Below are positions 12,101 to 23,690 of a DNA stretch of 64,000 bases, piece after piece. The notes beneath the pieces are model-generated. The model was not told the origin of the DNA, did no database searches, and saw nothing but the letters and a program-made list of their open reading frames with translations. The stretch is from the NCBI GenBank assembly GCA_002269645.1, contig NIVC01000671.1, forward strand, positions 372,001 to 436,000, in the 5' to 3' direction. Position 1 is the stretch's first letter, and each line of letters starts with the position of its first letter. This stretch comes from Macrostomum lignano. Lineage: Eukaryota. The position numbers and the translations under genes were made by a program.

Positions 12101-15100
12101 TGTCTGTTTGCCAGACTAATGTCAGATTAAAATTTTACCAATTGACTGACACTGGGTCTCGGCCGGTGCTGCTGCTGCTGATGTTGATAAGCTGACTGAC
12201 CGTTGCTGCTCTGCTGCATCGGCTGATAGCTAAACTGCCGTTGATTGGCTGCCGGCTAATTCAAATTACCAAGCAGACAGGGGGTTGGATGCAGGGGTGA
12301 ATGAGAGGCCGCAGTGGGAGACTTGCTTTGCACTTTTCATTCGAGCTATTAGCAGTTCTTCAAAACATGCAGTGACGCAAAATAAAATAACACTTTATAG
12401 GGTGTCAACGTCATGGGGTGTCAGGAGTCAGGATAAAGCAGAATCCCATGGGGTGTCAGGAGTCAGGATACAGCACAGATCCCATGGGGTGTCAGAAATC
12501 AGGATAAAGCAGAATCCCATGGGGTGTCAGGAGTCAGGATACAGCAGAATCCCATGGGGTGTTAGGAGTCGGGATACAGCACAGATCCCATGGGGTGTCA
12601 GAAGTCAGGATACAGCAGAATCCCATGGGGTGTCAGGAGTCAGGATACAGCAGAATCCCATGGGGTGTCAGGAGTCAGGATACAGCACAGATCCCATGGG
12701 GTGTCAGCAGTCAGGATACAGCAGAATCCCATGGGGTGTCAGGAGTCAGGATAAAGCAGAATCCCATGGGGTGTCAGGAGTCAGGATACAGCAGAAAGTC
12801 CTATGAGCATCTTCTCCATAGATAGGGATATTAAACAAGTCTTTAATATCCTATAGTTGCCATGGCAACGGGGGAACAGGAACAACAGCCACAAGTGGTA
12901 CATGAAGTGGTACACAAATGCAAATGCACAGTCTCTATGCTACTTTACTGGAAACTGTAGCCCTATGAAGTACACATGCGTGTATTAATATATAATCAGT
13001 AATACTTAGCACTAACTAAACATCTGCAAATTAGGTGCAAAGTGCAAAATCACGCACACACGATAGCAAACACTGATAGCATATTCTTGAGCAATAACAA
13101 AATACAAAGCAGGTGCGGCCTGTGAACGCCTGTTTCTGGCGCCAATTTAAATTTAATAAGGCGTATTTAAATCCGATAGCAAGCACTCGGACTGAACGAT
13201 CAATTTAACTACCTGAACAGAGGCATTCTGGCCCGCATCCCGATCGGCCTGCGTCAGTGTCAAGCAATAAATATTTGAAAAAACAACCACAACAATAGTA
13301 CTCATTTATAAGCAACTTTGATAAGTAGTATAGTTAGTAGAAAACTTGAACATGCAAATAGTTATTAGGCTGATAATTTCGGTGCAAAAAATTAAAATAA
13401 TAAATGGTACATGGCAATAGAAGGATTAAAACAGAAGACAAGAAGCTGATATTACCTAATAAATAGCGATAACAATTAAATAGGACGGATAATGCTAATC
13501 CTCCTCCTCTCACCTTGGGCTGCAGGTGCGCGGCGGCCGGCTTGTTTCGCTCCCCAGTTGCGTTGGCAACGCTGACAGGCGTGCCCTGCGAATTAATTCA
13601 TTTTTTAAATGCGATTATTTTGTTTTTCTACGCTTCTGTTTGTATCTGTTAGCGCTAATTTAAATTGATTTCTATTCTTAATGCCAAATTGAACTACACA
13701 CGACGCAAAGGCGCTACAGCCTAAAGGCGCTAAAGGCGCTAGACGAAATTAACTCACCGTTCGATCTTGACGAGACACCCAGTCAAAGTCCCAATCGCAC
13801 TGCCAGCCTCTCTGCTCCATCAGTTTTAAGAATAGGCCGCGAGCGTAATTATAATCGGGAGTCTCGAAGAAGTCCAATTGTCTAGCGTAGCGCAGGTACA
13901 TGGCCAGCTCCTCTGCGAGGGGACCGGAAGTGAGGAGGAATATACACAATCTGGACCGGAAGTGAGGAGGAATATACACAATCTGGACCGGAATTGAGGA
14001 GGAATATACACAATCTGGACCGGAAGTGAGGAATATACACAATCTGGACCGGAAGTGAGGAGGAATATACACAATCTGGACCGGAATTGAGGAATATACA
14101 CAATCTGGACCGGAAGTGAGGAATATACACAATCTGGACCGGAAGTGAGGAGGAATATACACAATCTGGACCGGAAGTGAGGAGGAATATACACAATCTG
14201 GACCGGAAGTGAGGAGGAATATACACAATCTGGACCGGAAGTGAGGAATATACACAATCTGGACCGGAAGTGAGGAGGAATATACACAATCTGGGACCGG
14301 AAGTGCGGAGCAATACACACGACCTAAGACCAGAAGTGTGGAGCAATATACGCAATCTGGGACCGGAAGTGAGGAGGAATATACACGATCTGGGACCGGA
14401 AGTGCGGAGCAATACACACGATCTAAGACCAGAAGTGTGGAGCAATATACGCAATCTGGGACCGGAATTGAGGAATATACACAATCTGGACCGGAAGTGA
14501 GGAATATACACAATCTGGACCGGAAGTGAGGAGGAATATACACAATCTGGACCGGAAGTGAGGAATATACACAATCTGGACCGGAAGTGAGGAGGAATAT
14601 ACACAATCTGGACCGGAATTGAGGAATATACACAATCTGGACCGGAAGTGAGGAATATACACAATCTGGACCGGAAGTGAGGAGGAATATACACAATCTG
14701 GACCGGAAGTGAGGAGGAATATACACAATCTGGACCGGAAGTGAGGAGGAATATACACAATCTGGACCGGAAGTGAGGAATATACACAATCTGGACCGGA
14801 AGTGAGGAGGAATATACACAATCTGGGACCGGAAGTGCGGAGCAATACACACGACCTAAGACCAGAAGTGTGGAGCAATATACGCAATCTGGGACCGGAA
14901 GTGAGGAGGAATATACACGATCTGGGACCGGAAGTGCGGAGCAATACACACGATCTAAGACCAGAAGTGTGGAGCAATATACGCAATCTGGGACCGGAAT
15001 TGAGGAATATACACAATCTGGACCGGAAGTGAGGAATATACACAATCTGGACCGGAAGTGAGGAGGAATATACACAATCTGGACCGGAAGTGAGGAATAT

Positions 15101-18100
15101 ACACAATCTGGACCGGAAGTGAGGAGGAATATACACAATCTGGGACCGGAAGTGCGGAGCAATACACACGACCTAAGACCAGAAGTGTGGAGCAATATAC
15201 GCAATCTGGGACCGGAAGTGAGGAGGAATATACACGATCTGGGACCGGAAGTGCGGAGCAATACACACGATCTAAGACCAGAAGTGTGGAGCAATATACG
15301 CAATCTGGGACCGGAAGTGAGGAGGAATATACACGATCTGGGACCGGAAGTGTAGAGCAATTTACAAAATCTGGATTGGAAGTATGAAGGAATATGCACA
15401 CTGCAACCGGAAGTGAGGAGAAATATACACGATCTGGGACCGGAATTGAGGAGGAATATACACAATCTGGGACCGGAAGTGCGGAGCAATACACACGACC
15501 TAAGACCAGAAGTATGGAGCAATATACACGATTTGGGACCGGAAGTGAGGAGGAATATACACGATCTGGGACCGGAAGTGCGGAGCAAGTTACAAAATCT
15601 GGATTAGAAGTATGGAGGAATATGCACACTGCAACCGGAAGTGAGAAGAAATATACACAATCTGGGACCGGAAGTGAGGAGGAATATACACAATCTGGGA
15701 CCGGAAGTGCGGAGCAATACACACGATCTAAGACCAGAAGTGTGGAGCAATATACACGATCTGGGACCGGAAGTGCGGAGCAATACACACGATCTAAGAC
15801 CAGAAGTGTGGAGCAATATACACGATCTGGGACTGGAAGTGTGGAGCAAGTTACAAAATCTGGATTAGAAGTATGGAGGAATATGCACACTGCAACCGGA
15901 AGTGAGAAGAAATATACACAATCTGGGACCAGAAGTATGGAGGAATATGCACACTGCAACCGGAATTAGGAGAAATATACACTATCGGGACCGGAAGTGT
16001 GGAGGAATAGGTGCAATCTGGAACCGGAAATGTGGAAGAAACACAGTTTGGGACCGGGTGTGGGGAGGATTAAAAACTATTTGGGACCAGAAGCAGTTGT
16101 GAATGCACAATTTAGAGCCGGAAGTGATCAGTAATACATAAAAAATGGAAGCGAAGAAAACACAATGACGATGAAGGATAGATGCGGGGCTGAAAATGGA
16201 TGCAGCTACGCACCTGGAAATCCGTCACAGAGCACCTCAACAGGTGTAGCCCGTTTTGTGTCGCCAATTTTCTGATAGCGCTCCTTCAAGTTGTCGGCTT
16301 TGAGGCCCTGCCAGGGCAAGCTGCCGCGCAGGAAGTACATAAACATGTGGCCTAGAGCTTCCAAGTCGTCTCGTCGGGACTGTTCTGGAACAGAATAGTT
16401 GAAAACTTCACTGAGAATGTCTTTCAACCCACAAGTGAAAATCGTATTTCCAACACACAATTCGCACTAACGCACTAAACGGAATACTGCAAGTTCGCAT
16501 ATAATTATTGTTAGACTAGTGCACACTTATGCTAGCAAATAAGTTGTGCGCCACAGCACCGTTAAAAGAAATTTTCACTTAGCTGTTTACAATGAAATTT
16601 TGAAAGAAGAAAGTTTCCTAGAAAGTGCCTAGCTAATCTAAATAGAAGACATTTCATTAGTCTAGCAGGCCAGATTCAGCAATTTATATAATCTTTATAA
16701 TAGTAATTAGTAAATAACATACATATACGCAAAATCCGATAACAAGGGATGCAGATAAATGTACACATAACTTGGTACCGGAAGTGGGGGGGAAACAGAA
16801 TATACTATGGAAAGAATACACATGACTTAGGACCAGAAGCGGGAAGGAATAATCATAACTTGGGACCGGAAGTGGGGAGGAAAACTTAAAACTTGGGACC
16901 GGAAGTAGGCAGTAATACTCATAACTTGAGACCGGAAGTAGGGAGTAATACTCACAAACTTAGAACCGGAAGTAGGGAGTAATACTCTCAAACTTAGAAC
17001 CAGAAGTAGGGGGTAATACTCTCAAACTCAGAACCGGAAGTAGGGAGTAATACTTACAAACTTAGAACCGGAAGTAGGGAGGAATACATAACTTGGGATC
17101 AGAAGTTAGGAGGAATACACAACCTCTAGGACCAGAAGTTGAGAGCAATATACATAACTTAAGCACATGTTATGCACAATTACGAGCACTCCAACTCACC
17201 TTTGCCTAAATGCGTGTTAATACTCATATACCTGGCCGTGCCAGTCAGGCTTTTATGCTCCCTATAGGGAATATGCCGGCCAGTCTCGCGATCTCTGTAC
17301 TCTTTGGCTAGGCCGAAGTCGATTATGTGAACAAGGTGCTGCTTGCGAGTGGACTGTCGGCCGATAAGAAAATTTTCCGGCTTTACATCTCGATAGATTA
17401 GGCTGCGACTGTGCACGTATTCCATGCGGCTGATCTGCGTGTGGGTTCGATTAGGTATGGGTTCTGAACCTAAATTCAACTGGCTCTGAACCTAAATTCA
17501 GCAGGTTCTGAACCTAAATCCAGCGGGTTCTGAACCTAAATTAAACTGGTTCTGAACCTAAATCCAGCGGGTTCTGAACCTAAATTAAACTGGTTCTGAA
17601 CCTAAATCCAGCGGGTTCTGAACCTAAATCCAGCTAGTTCTGAACACAGGGACAACTAAAACTACCGGGACGCGAAACAAGGCAAATCATGGTGAGAAAA
17701 GTTGGGGGCTCGTTTGAAAGCAGTGTTCTATGGCCGTTCCAACTAAGTTGTCCCTGTCTGAACCTAAATCCAGCGAGTTCTGAAACTAAATTCAACTGGT
17801 TCTGAACCTAAATCCAGCTGGTTCTGAACCTAAATCCAGCGGGTCCTGAACCTAAATCCAGCGGGTCCTGAACCTAAATCCAGCGGGTCCTGAACCTAGA
17901 TCCTGTTCGTTCTGAACCTAAATCCAGTTGATTTCTGAACCTAAATCCAGTTGATTTCTAAACCTAAATCCAGTTGATTCTGAACCTAAATCCAGCGGGT
18001 TTTGAACCTAAATTCAACTGGCTCTGAACCTAAATCCAGCGGGTTCTGAACCAAAATCCAGTTGATTCTGAACCTAAATCTAGTTGATTCTGAACCTAAA

Positions 18101-19012
18101 TCCAGTTGATTCTGAACCTAAATCCAGTTGATTCTGAACCTAAATCCAGTTGGTTCTGAACCTATCTGTAAATCCAGCAGGTTCTGAACCAAAATCCAGT
18201 TGATTCTGAACCTAAATCCAGTTGGTTCTAAACCTATCTGTAAATCCATTTGGTTCTGAACCTAAATCCAACAGGTTCTGAACCTAAATTCAACTGGTTC
18301 TGAACCTAAATCCAGCAGGTTCTGAACCTAAATCCAGCGGGTTCTGAACCTAAATTCAACTGGTTCTGAACCTAAATCCAGCTGGTTCTGAACCTAAATT
18401 CAACTGGTTCTGATCCTAAATCCAGCGGGTTCTGAACCTAAATCCAGCTGGTTCTGAACCTAAATCCAGCGGGTTCTAAACCTAAATCCAGCGTATTCTA
18501 AATGTGAAAACAATTTAGATTCTAAACCCAAAACCAGAGTGCATCATCAATCAGCATATTCCTAAACAAGCGGACAGGCGCCTCACCAGCTGTATGGCAA
18601 TCATGCAGACAGTCTTGAGCGTGAACCGCCTACTGCAAGTATCGAACAGATCCTCTAGAGACGGTCCCAGCAGCTCCAGCACCAGCGCATTGTACTTGTG
18701 AGTCGGGCCAAAGTAAAACACCTGCGGCAGGCCTTCGGGGGAGCCGAGCTCCTTATAGAACCTGTACTCAAGGTGCAGCTGAGGCGCCCGCGACTTCAGC
18801 GGCTCCAGCTTCACAGCCACGTGCTCGTTATTGTAAAGATTCTTGCCCAGTCGGAGTTCGCCAAAATTTCCGCTACCAATTTTTTTGCCAACTTTAAAAT
18901 TCGGCCCAACCATTAAGAAGGCGGACTCGGAGCGACAGGGCAGGTAGGAGCTGTTGGCTCCGCCGCCTGCGCCGCCAGAAGCTGGGAGGCGCGGATTGCC
19001 TCCACTGTTCAT
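8870..19012 (-). CDS. CSNK1G: casein kinase 1 gamma (gilgamesh/CSNK1G-like), spliced, about 482 aa
   Basis: Minus-strand exons 19012-18587, 17434-17200, 16384-16214, 13912-13758, 13585-13514, 12255-12151 and 9154-8870 all join in phase. CK1 motifs [57 protein letters not shown], plus the gamma-specific C-terminal [10 protein letters not shown]. Confidence 0.95.
9360..11022. repeat. 20-bp minisatellite (CAGACAAAGAGTCAGATATT)
   Basis: About 80 units with periodic 22-bp variants. Confidence 0.95.
11292..11925 (+). mobile_element. tRNA-headed SINE-like element (outer) interrupted by a second SINE
   Basis: A-box TAGCCCAGCGG and B-box-like GGCTCGATTCC at about 11298-11352. The sequence resumes after the inner SINE. 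The 3' boundary is approximate. Confidence 0.5.
11467..11780 (+). mobile_element. tRNA-derived SINE with CORE-like domain and (TTA)n tail
   Basis: A-box TAGCCCAGTGG, B-box GGTTCGATGCC; TGTGTCCTTGAGCAAGACACTCAACTCT...CAGCTGTAAAATGGG resembles the MIR/CORE block; (TTA)n tail; flanked by CTAACAATAAA / CTAACGATAAA (11-bp TSD, 1 mismatch). Confidence 0.8.
12151..12255 (-). CDS. CSNK1G: CK1 gamma probable Q-rich tail exon
   Basis: gaattag|CCGGCA...CCCAGT|gtcagt; 105 nt, phase 0; [35 protein letters not shown]. Confidence 0.65.
12411..12795. repeat. 35/37-bp minisatellite (CCCATGGGGTGTCAGGAGTCAGGATACAGCAGAAT)
   Basis: About 10-11 tandem units. Confidence 0.92.
13514..13585 (-). CDS. CSNK1G: CK1 gamma small tail exon
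   Basis: ttcgcag|GGCACG...CCCAAG|gtgaga; 72 nt, phase 0; [24 protein letters not shown]. Confidence 0.75.
13758..13912 (-). CDS. CSNK1G: CK1 gamma exon (end of kinase domain)
   Basis: cctcgcag|AGGAGC...CGAACG|gtgagt; [21 protein letters not shown]...WDFDW. Confidence 0.93.
13921..16130. repeat. complex 29-33-bp GGACCGGAAGTG minisatellite with higher-order duplications
   Basis: Fills intron 13913-16213; identical ORF translations recur at a 532-bp offset. Confidence 0.95.
16214..16384 (-). CDS. CSNK1G: CK1 gamma exon ([12 protein letters not shown]...)
   Basis: ctgttccag|AACAGT...TTTCCAG|gtgcgt. Confidence 0.95.
16780..17160. repeat. degenerate relative of the CCGGAAGT minisatellite
   Basis: Repeated (GG/GA)ACCGGAAGT(A/G)GG units in the neighbouring intron. 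Confidence 0.75.
17200..17434 (-). CDS. CSNK1G: CK1 gamma exon (catalytic loop, DFG)
   Basis: cacgcag|ATCAGC...GGCAAAG|gtgagt. Confidence 0.95.
17458..18500. repeat. 22-bp minisatellite (TTCTGAACCTAAATCCAGCGGG)
   Basis: About 42 units, interrupted by a MITE. Confidence 0.95.
17646..17757. mobile_element. 112-bp MITE with 12-bp perfect TIR inserted in a minisatellite
   Basis: ACAGGGACAACT (17646-17657) ... AGTTGTCCCTGT (17746-17757), with CTGAAC duplicated on both sides. Confidence 0.8.
18587..19012 (-). CDS. CSNK1G: CK1 gamma first coding exon (kinase N-lobe)
   Basis: ATG at 19012 (acceptor-like tttacctgcag| 26 nt upstream, at 19038); donor CAGCTG|gtgagg. Confidence 0.92.
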
Positions 19013-20419
19013 AGGCGGAGCTCTGCTGGCAATGGGTTCTGCAGGTAAAAATATTCAGGTAAGCTATTTTATTCCAACTATTATAACTATGCAATGAAAT
19101 AGTAAACCTAGCCAGCCAGTAACTGGGTTAATTAGTGTAACCAAAAACAGATTATCCATTGTTTTTACATTAAGTAGTACTATGACTTTTAGACTGGGTA
19201 GAGTCACTTTTTAGTTGTGCAAAAGCTTTTTGGAGATGTACATGTACTTTATGTCAATCTTTATATAGAAAGCTGGTGATTACATTATAACTATGTGATG
19301 TGAGCACAAACTAACATGTACTACTAATGTAATATGCATATACAAGTGAACAAAAAGCACAAGTTTTTTGTCCCAAGTTTACTTCAATGGCAGCATATAC
19401 AATGTACTACACAATAAATTTTATGTATGCCAACATATCATGACATGGGGCAAGTGCATACCAACTATATCTATATGCCAACACTTACAGCTCCAATATC
19501 AATGCATACCTATTTTTTTAAATATATGCTATATGATCTTAACTAGATTATAACAATTAACAAAAATCAAGTAAGCAAATTCTAGCCTTGTTTTTGTTAT
19601 ATATAATTTCTTATATATTAAACTTGTATTTTGCAAAGTCTTAAAATATGCATTCTAATAAAATTTATATTATAAAAAATTATATATACATATTTATTAA
19701 AAGTTAAATCTAGCATTTATATAATAAAAAGAGTGGGTCACTACATTATATATACTTAACCTTTGCTACCTAGCCAATAAATGATAATAATAGACAAAAG
19801 GATCCATTATACCAAGTTGTTTTGTATGTACACTGAAATAGAACATTTTGTCTTCAGACTTTTCATCTAGGTCATTTTTTCCATAGGCATAGAAAATATT
19901 TTATTTAGATATTGTACCCATTAGGTCATTTTGACCAAGACAAAATGTCTAATTTATAGGATAATGAAGGTTAATGACAGGATTATGTACATAGCTTAAA
20001 TCATGTGAATATAGGACTTATCAAATTTTTATCAAACAGACAAATATAATAATAGTCAATATGAATGGACCCAGTGATAGACAAAATAGGCTAGAATCTA
20101 GATGATAAAAGAACCAATATTAATTAGTAAATTTTAGGAAAAGGCATATATAACTTCAGTACCATTGTCATCAATATTATTAGCTACTATGGCTGAGAAG
20201 TCTACTGCTATTAATAATAGCAAATACATTGATAGGAGCCAATGCCACAACTGAGCCAAGACTTGTAAAACAATTGAAGTCAATGGCAATCAAATGGAAT
20301 GCCTTTGGAGATATATGCAAAGCAAAGTAGCCTGCCTTAAGAAAATAATCATTGGTGCCACATGATCCAGAGGCAAGAATACAACTCTTAAATGCCGCCA
20401 TGACCTGATCATTTGTTTG

Positions 20420-21070
20420 GGGCATGCTGCAGCTGGCAGATGCCTTTGTCTAGCCCTAGGTGATATCTTAATGGAGGAACTGCCAGAAGCGGCCATCCTG
20501 ACTAACAACCAGGCCACCATCCAAGCCATCCAAGCTGATTGCACCACTATGCTCATACTAACAGCCTCCTAGAAACACTCAAGAATCTCATCTGATGTGC
20601 TATCTAGGTCATAGCCATTACTATCCAGTGGATCCCTGGGCATGTGGGCATTAGTGGAAATAAGCTGGTCAACCTGGAGGCCAAGTGGGATATGTGCCTG
20701 CCTCAACAGCACATCCCCCTTGCACTCACTACATCCAAGAACCTACTGCGCAAGTCTGTTGGGTACCAGCCTATATTGGAGGGCAGGAAGTCTTAGTCTT
20801 GTAGGTCCATACCAGCCACTACCCAGTATCAGTCTACTACAAAAAGTGCATTGGGACAACCAATGATGCCACCTGCAGGCTATGCAAGGATGAAGTTGAT
20901 CAATTTTACCTGCTGACTTGTCTTGCTTTAGAAATGACTTGCCTCTTAATTGGAGTCCAACATCTCAATGACCTGGCCAATGGTCCCTTAGTGGTACAGC
21001 TCCTAGGTGCCCTTGACTGGGTCCCCATCTAATGGAGCCACACTCCACAAAAAACAACAGCATCAGCTTC
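20420..21070 (+). pseudogene. decayed 3' fragment of an RNase-H-bearing non-LTR retrotransposon (I-group-like)
   Basis: Frameshifted motifs AILTNNQATIQAI (cf. TDSQ), QWIPGHVGISGNKLVNLEAK (cf. WxPxHxGIxGNExAD) and CRLCKDEVDQFYLLTC (cf. CCHC knuckle), followed by a CAA-rich end. Confidence 0.75.
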
Positions 21071-22921
21071 CTTGGTACTACTAACCATGATACCAACTCA
21101 AGAACTACCATTGAGGATACTAAGGCTAGCTCAGATGCAACTGCAGAAATGCAACCAATGCAGAAACTGACTATGATGTTTTAGCCTAGAATAGATTAGC
21201 TAGAAGTGACATTAGAGTTAGGCACAGATTTTTTCATTATCCTAGAAAGAATCCCAAGACATTAATATAAAAAAAGTATAAAAATATTCATTAAAATGCT
21301 AAAATGTTAGCAAGTTAAGATGGTCTATCTCTAGAGTCTAGATAGATTAACTTATACCATGTAGATATACATATGTAGGGGGTCCAGTGAGAAAATTTTT
21401 TTTTCAAAATCCAAATTTTTAATCATGCCATGTTGTAGTTTTAGATGTTATGAGTGAAATGACACTTGACTTTTGAAAATTGATCAAGTAATAAAAAAGT
21501 TATGAAGTTTTTTGTTTCAAAAAAATGGTGTTTTTTTCCCATCTCAAATACACTGAAAACTGTGCCATTTTTGGGCAAAAAAGCATGTTTTTTACAGTAA
21601 AATGTCTGTAACTTTTTTATTTCATAACCGATTTTTGTGTTTTAGGTGTTATTTTGTAGATTTTTGTTACCATAACATTTTCTAATATTTTTGTACATAT
21701 ATACCATTCTATAAATGCAGATATCTAGGGATTAAGACAAAAAAATGAAGCAAAAAAATGTGTAGGAGTACCATTCTTTGGCTTTGTCATGGTATACTTA
21801 CCATTTACCTTATTTTTACTATTGTCATATCAAAGCAATACTTATATACTATAATTGGTAAGATTCTTATCTTCCTACTGTTAGTAGTATGCAAATGATC
21901 GACCATTATTTTAATGAAAATGGGTCTTCCAAAGTACCACTCTAGATGTCAATGGTGTCTAAAAATCTATGTAGCTCATGCCAATCTTAACCTGTTGAAA
22001 ATGATAATGTGACAAGAGTCGCTAAAAAGTAATTGCAAACAACTCTTTAACTCTTGGCGAAAAAGTCGTCCAAGAATTGTTATGCTGACGTTTAACTTTC
22101 TACTAACTCAGTAGGCTAGTTAGAGTGCAATTAGAGTTCAATAGGCTAACATTGTGTCTATTATTGTCTAAGAAACCCATGTACTCACTTTTGCAGCTTT
22201 TATACAGCGACAGGGTTTGTCCCAACTGTCACTGGTAGAAGGCCAACGTTGGACATTCCTTTAACTGGACTATGGTTTGTACGGTGCAGGGAAGCGTGTT
22301 GCGGAGAAGATTTGTGACTTCTATTTGCTACCTAAATACATTGTCGTTTTGTTAGCAATTATTGTAGGTGTCTGATCTGTTGTAATTTAACGTTTGGTGC
22401 GTTTTAAAATGTACTTGTAGACTGTAGGTAAATATGTATATTACAGGAAAGTGAAGAGTGTAGTAAGGTTTGAATTAAGTGTGATGTATAAGATATAGCA
22501 TAAACCTCAACTCCAGCTTCTGAATGCCTGCACTGTTTGCTTCTGTATGTAAAAGACTTTTTATTTCAAGAGAAATTAAATGCAAACTCAGAAAAGAGCT
22601 GTTTGCTTCAAAATGTTTTATACCTACAGTTAGCCAGTTTGGCAACTGCCAGCACTCGATGTGCTTTTTAATCCTGATCGATTCTACTTTTTTTCGTGCG
22701 TTGTTCATTTTATCCCATGAAGGCTTCGTTGCATGTGCACATGTGATTCCGGCTGCTTGATTCGGCTGCACCAGTTGAACTAGGGAGGTGAGAGAAGTTT
22801 CTCAGCTAGATTGCAAATAGTTGATAAATAATGGTCGGGTACAGCCTCAATGGTGGGAGATATATGTAATCAGGACAGCAATACTACTGCACAGCTGCAT
22901 TTTGCAGCTATATAGGTACCC

Positions 22922-23419
22922 ATGGATCGACATAATGAGCAAGAGGAAGAGGACGTGATGGAGGACGAGGCACCCGAGGTTCTGATACCTTATCTGGAGG
23001 ACCTGCGGGAAGAGTTTGGGGAGAAACAGCGGCTGGTAATTGAGCAGCTGCAGGTGAACATGCATCAGCAGCAGCAGTTACTGCAGCCGCATAATGTACA
23101 TAACCCCAGCGTGCAGCAGCAGCAAGACAGGCTTGCTGCATTAGACCGGCTGTTCGGGGAGCAACAGCGGCTGTTGGAGCGACAGCAACAGCTACTAGAG
23201 TACCAGCAAATGGGCGTGCGGAGGCAGCAGGAGGTGTTGGAGCTTCAAAGGCAGCGACAGGCTGCAGCAGAAGAAGAGGATCAAGAGGAAGAAGATGATG
23301 ATGAACTGGGCGAAGATTTTTTTAGACTGCCCCTGCTCCCGCATCGTCGCAGTCCTCCACCGTCTCCGCCCCCCTCCCCACCCCCTCCTGCACCAGTACG
23401 CATGCCGCAGCAGGGTTAA
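22922..23419 (+). CDS. transposon cargo ORF, 165 aa, acidic/Q-rich coiled coil with Pro-rich end
   Basis: Clean ATG-TAA ORF, GC-rich against its flanks, preceded by acceptor-like ttttgcag; internal repeat FGEKQRL/FGEQQRL; no recognised family. Confidence 0.6.
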   Translation: MDRHNEQEEEDVMEDEAPEVLIPYLEDLREEFGEKQRLVIEQLQVNMHQQQQLLQPHNVHNPSVQQQQDRLAALDRLFGEQQRLLERQQQLLEYQQMGVRRQQEVLELQRQRQAAAEEEDQEEEDDDELGEDFFRLPLLPHRRSPPPSPPPSPPPPAPVRMPQQG

Positions 23420-23690
23420 CTAATTACTTGTATGTACATTTATAACACAATTCGTATGTTCGCGTCTGTGTCGTGTAGTTTTTGTGGTAAAATAAAATTC
23501 TACTGCATGTACATGTAATAGTGCGCATGTGTAGATGCAGGGTCTGTTTGGGTTGTTCCCAGCTATAGTATCCTAATTGAGGTCCTGCTAAGGTTGGTAT
23601 GGTATATGTCGTGTAGCTGTATGTAGCGATGTTGATGCTATTGTAAGTGTTTGTCACCTGCATATTTGACTTACAGCCTGGAAAATTAAA

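Noticed and set aside
13749-15969. Multiple long ORFs on both strands
   Set aside because: Minisatellite artefacts; only 13758-13912 is a real exon.
22180-22330. Possible minus-strand non-coding exon (donor-like GTGAGT at about 22186) inside the transposon
   Set aside because: No acceptor or transcript evidence; cannot be supported from sequence alone.
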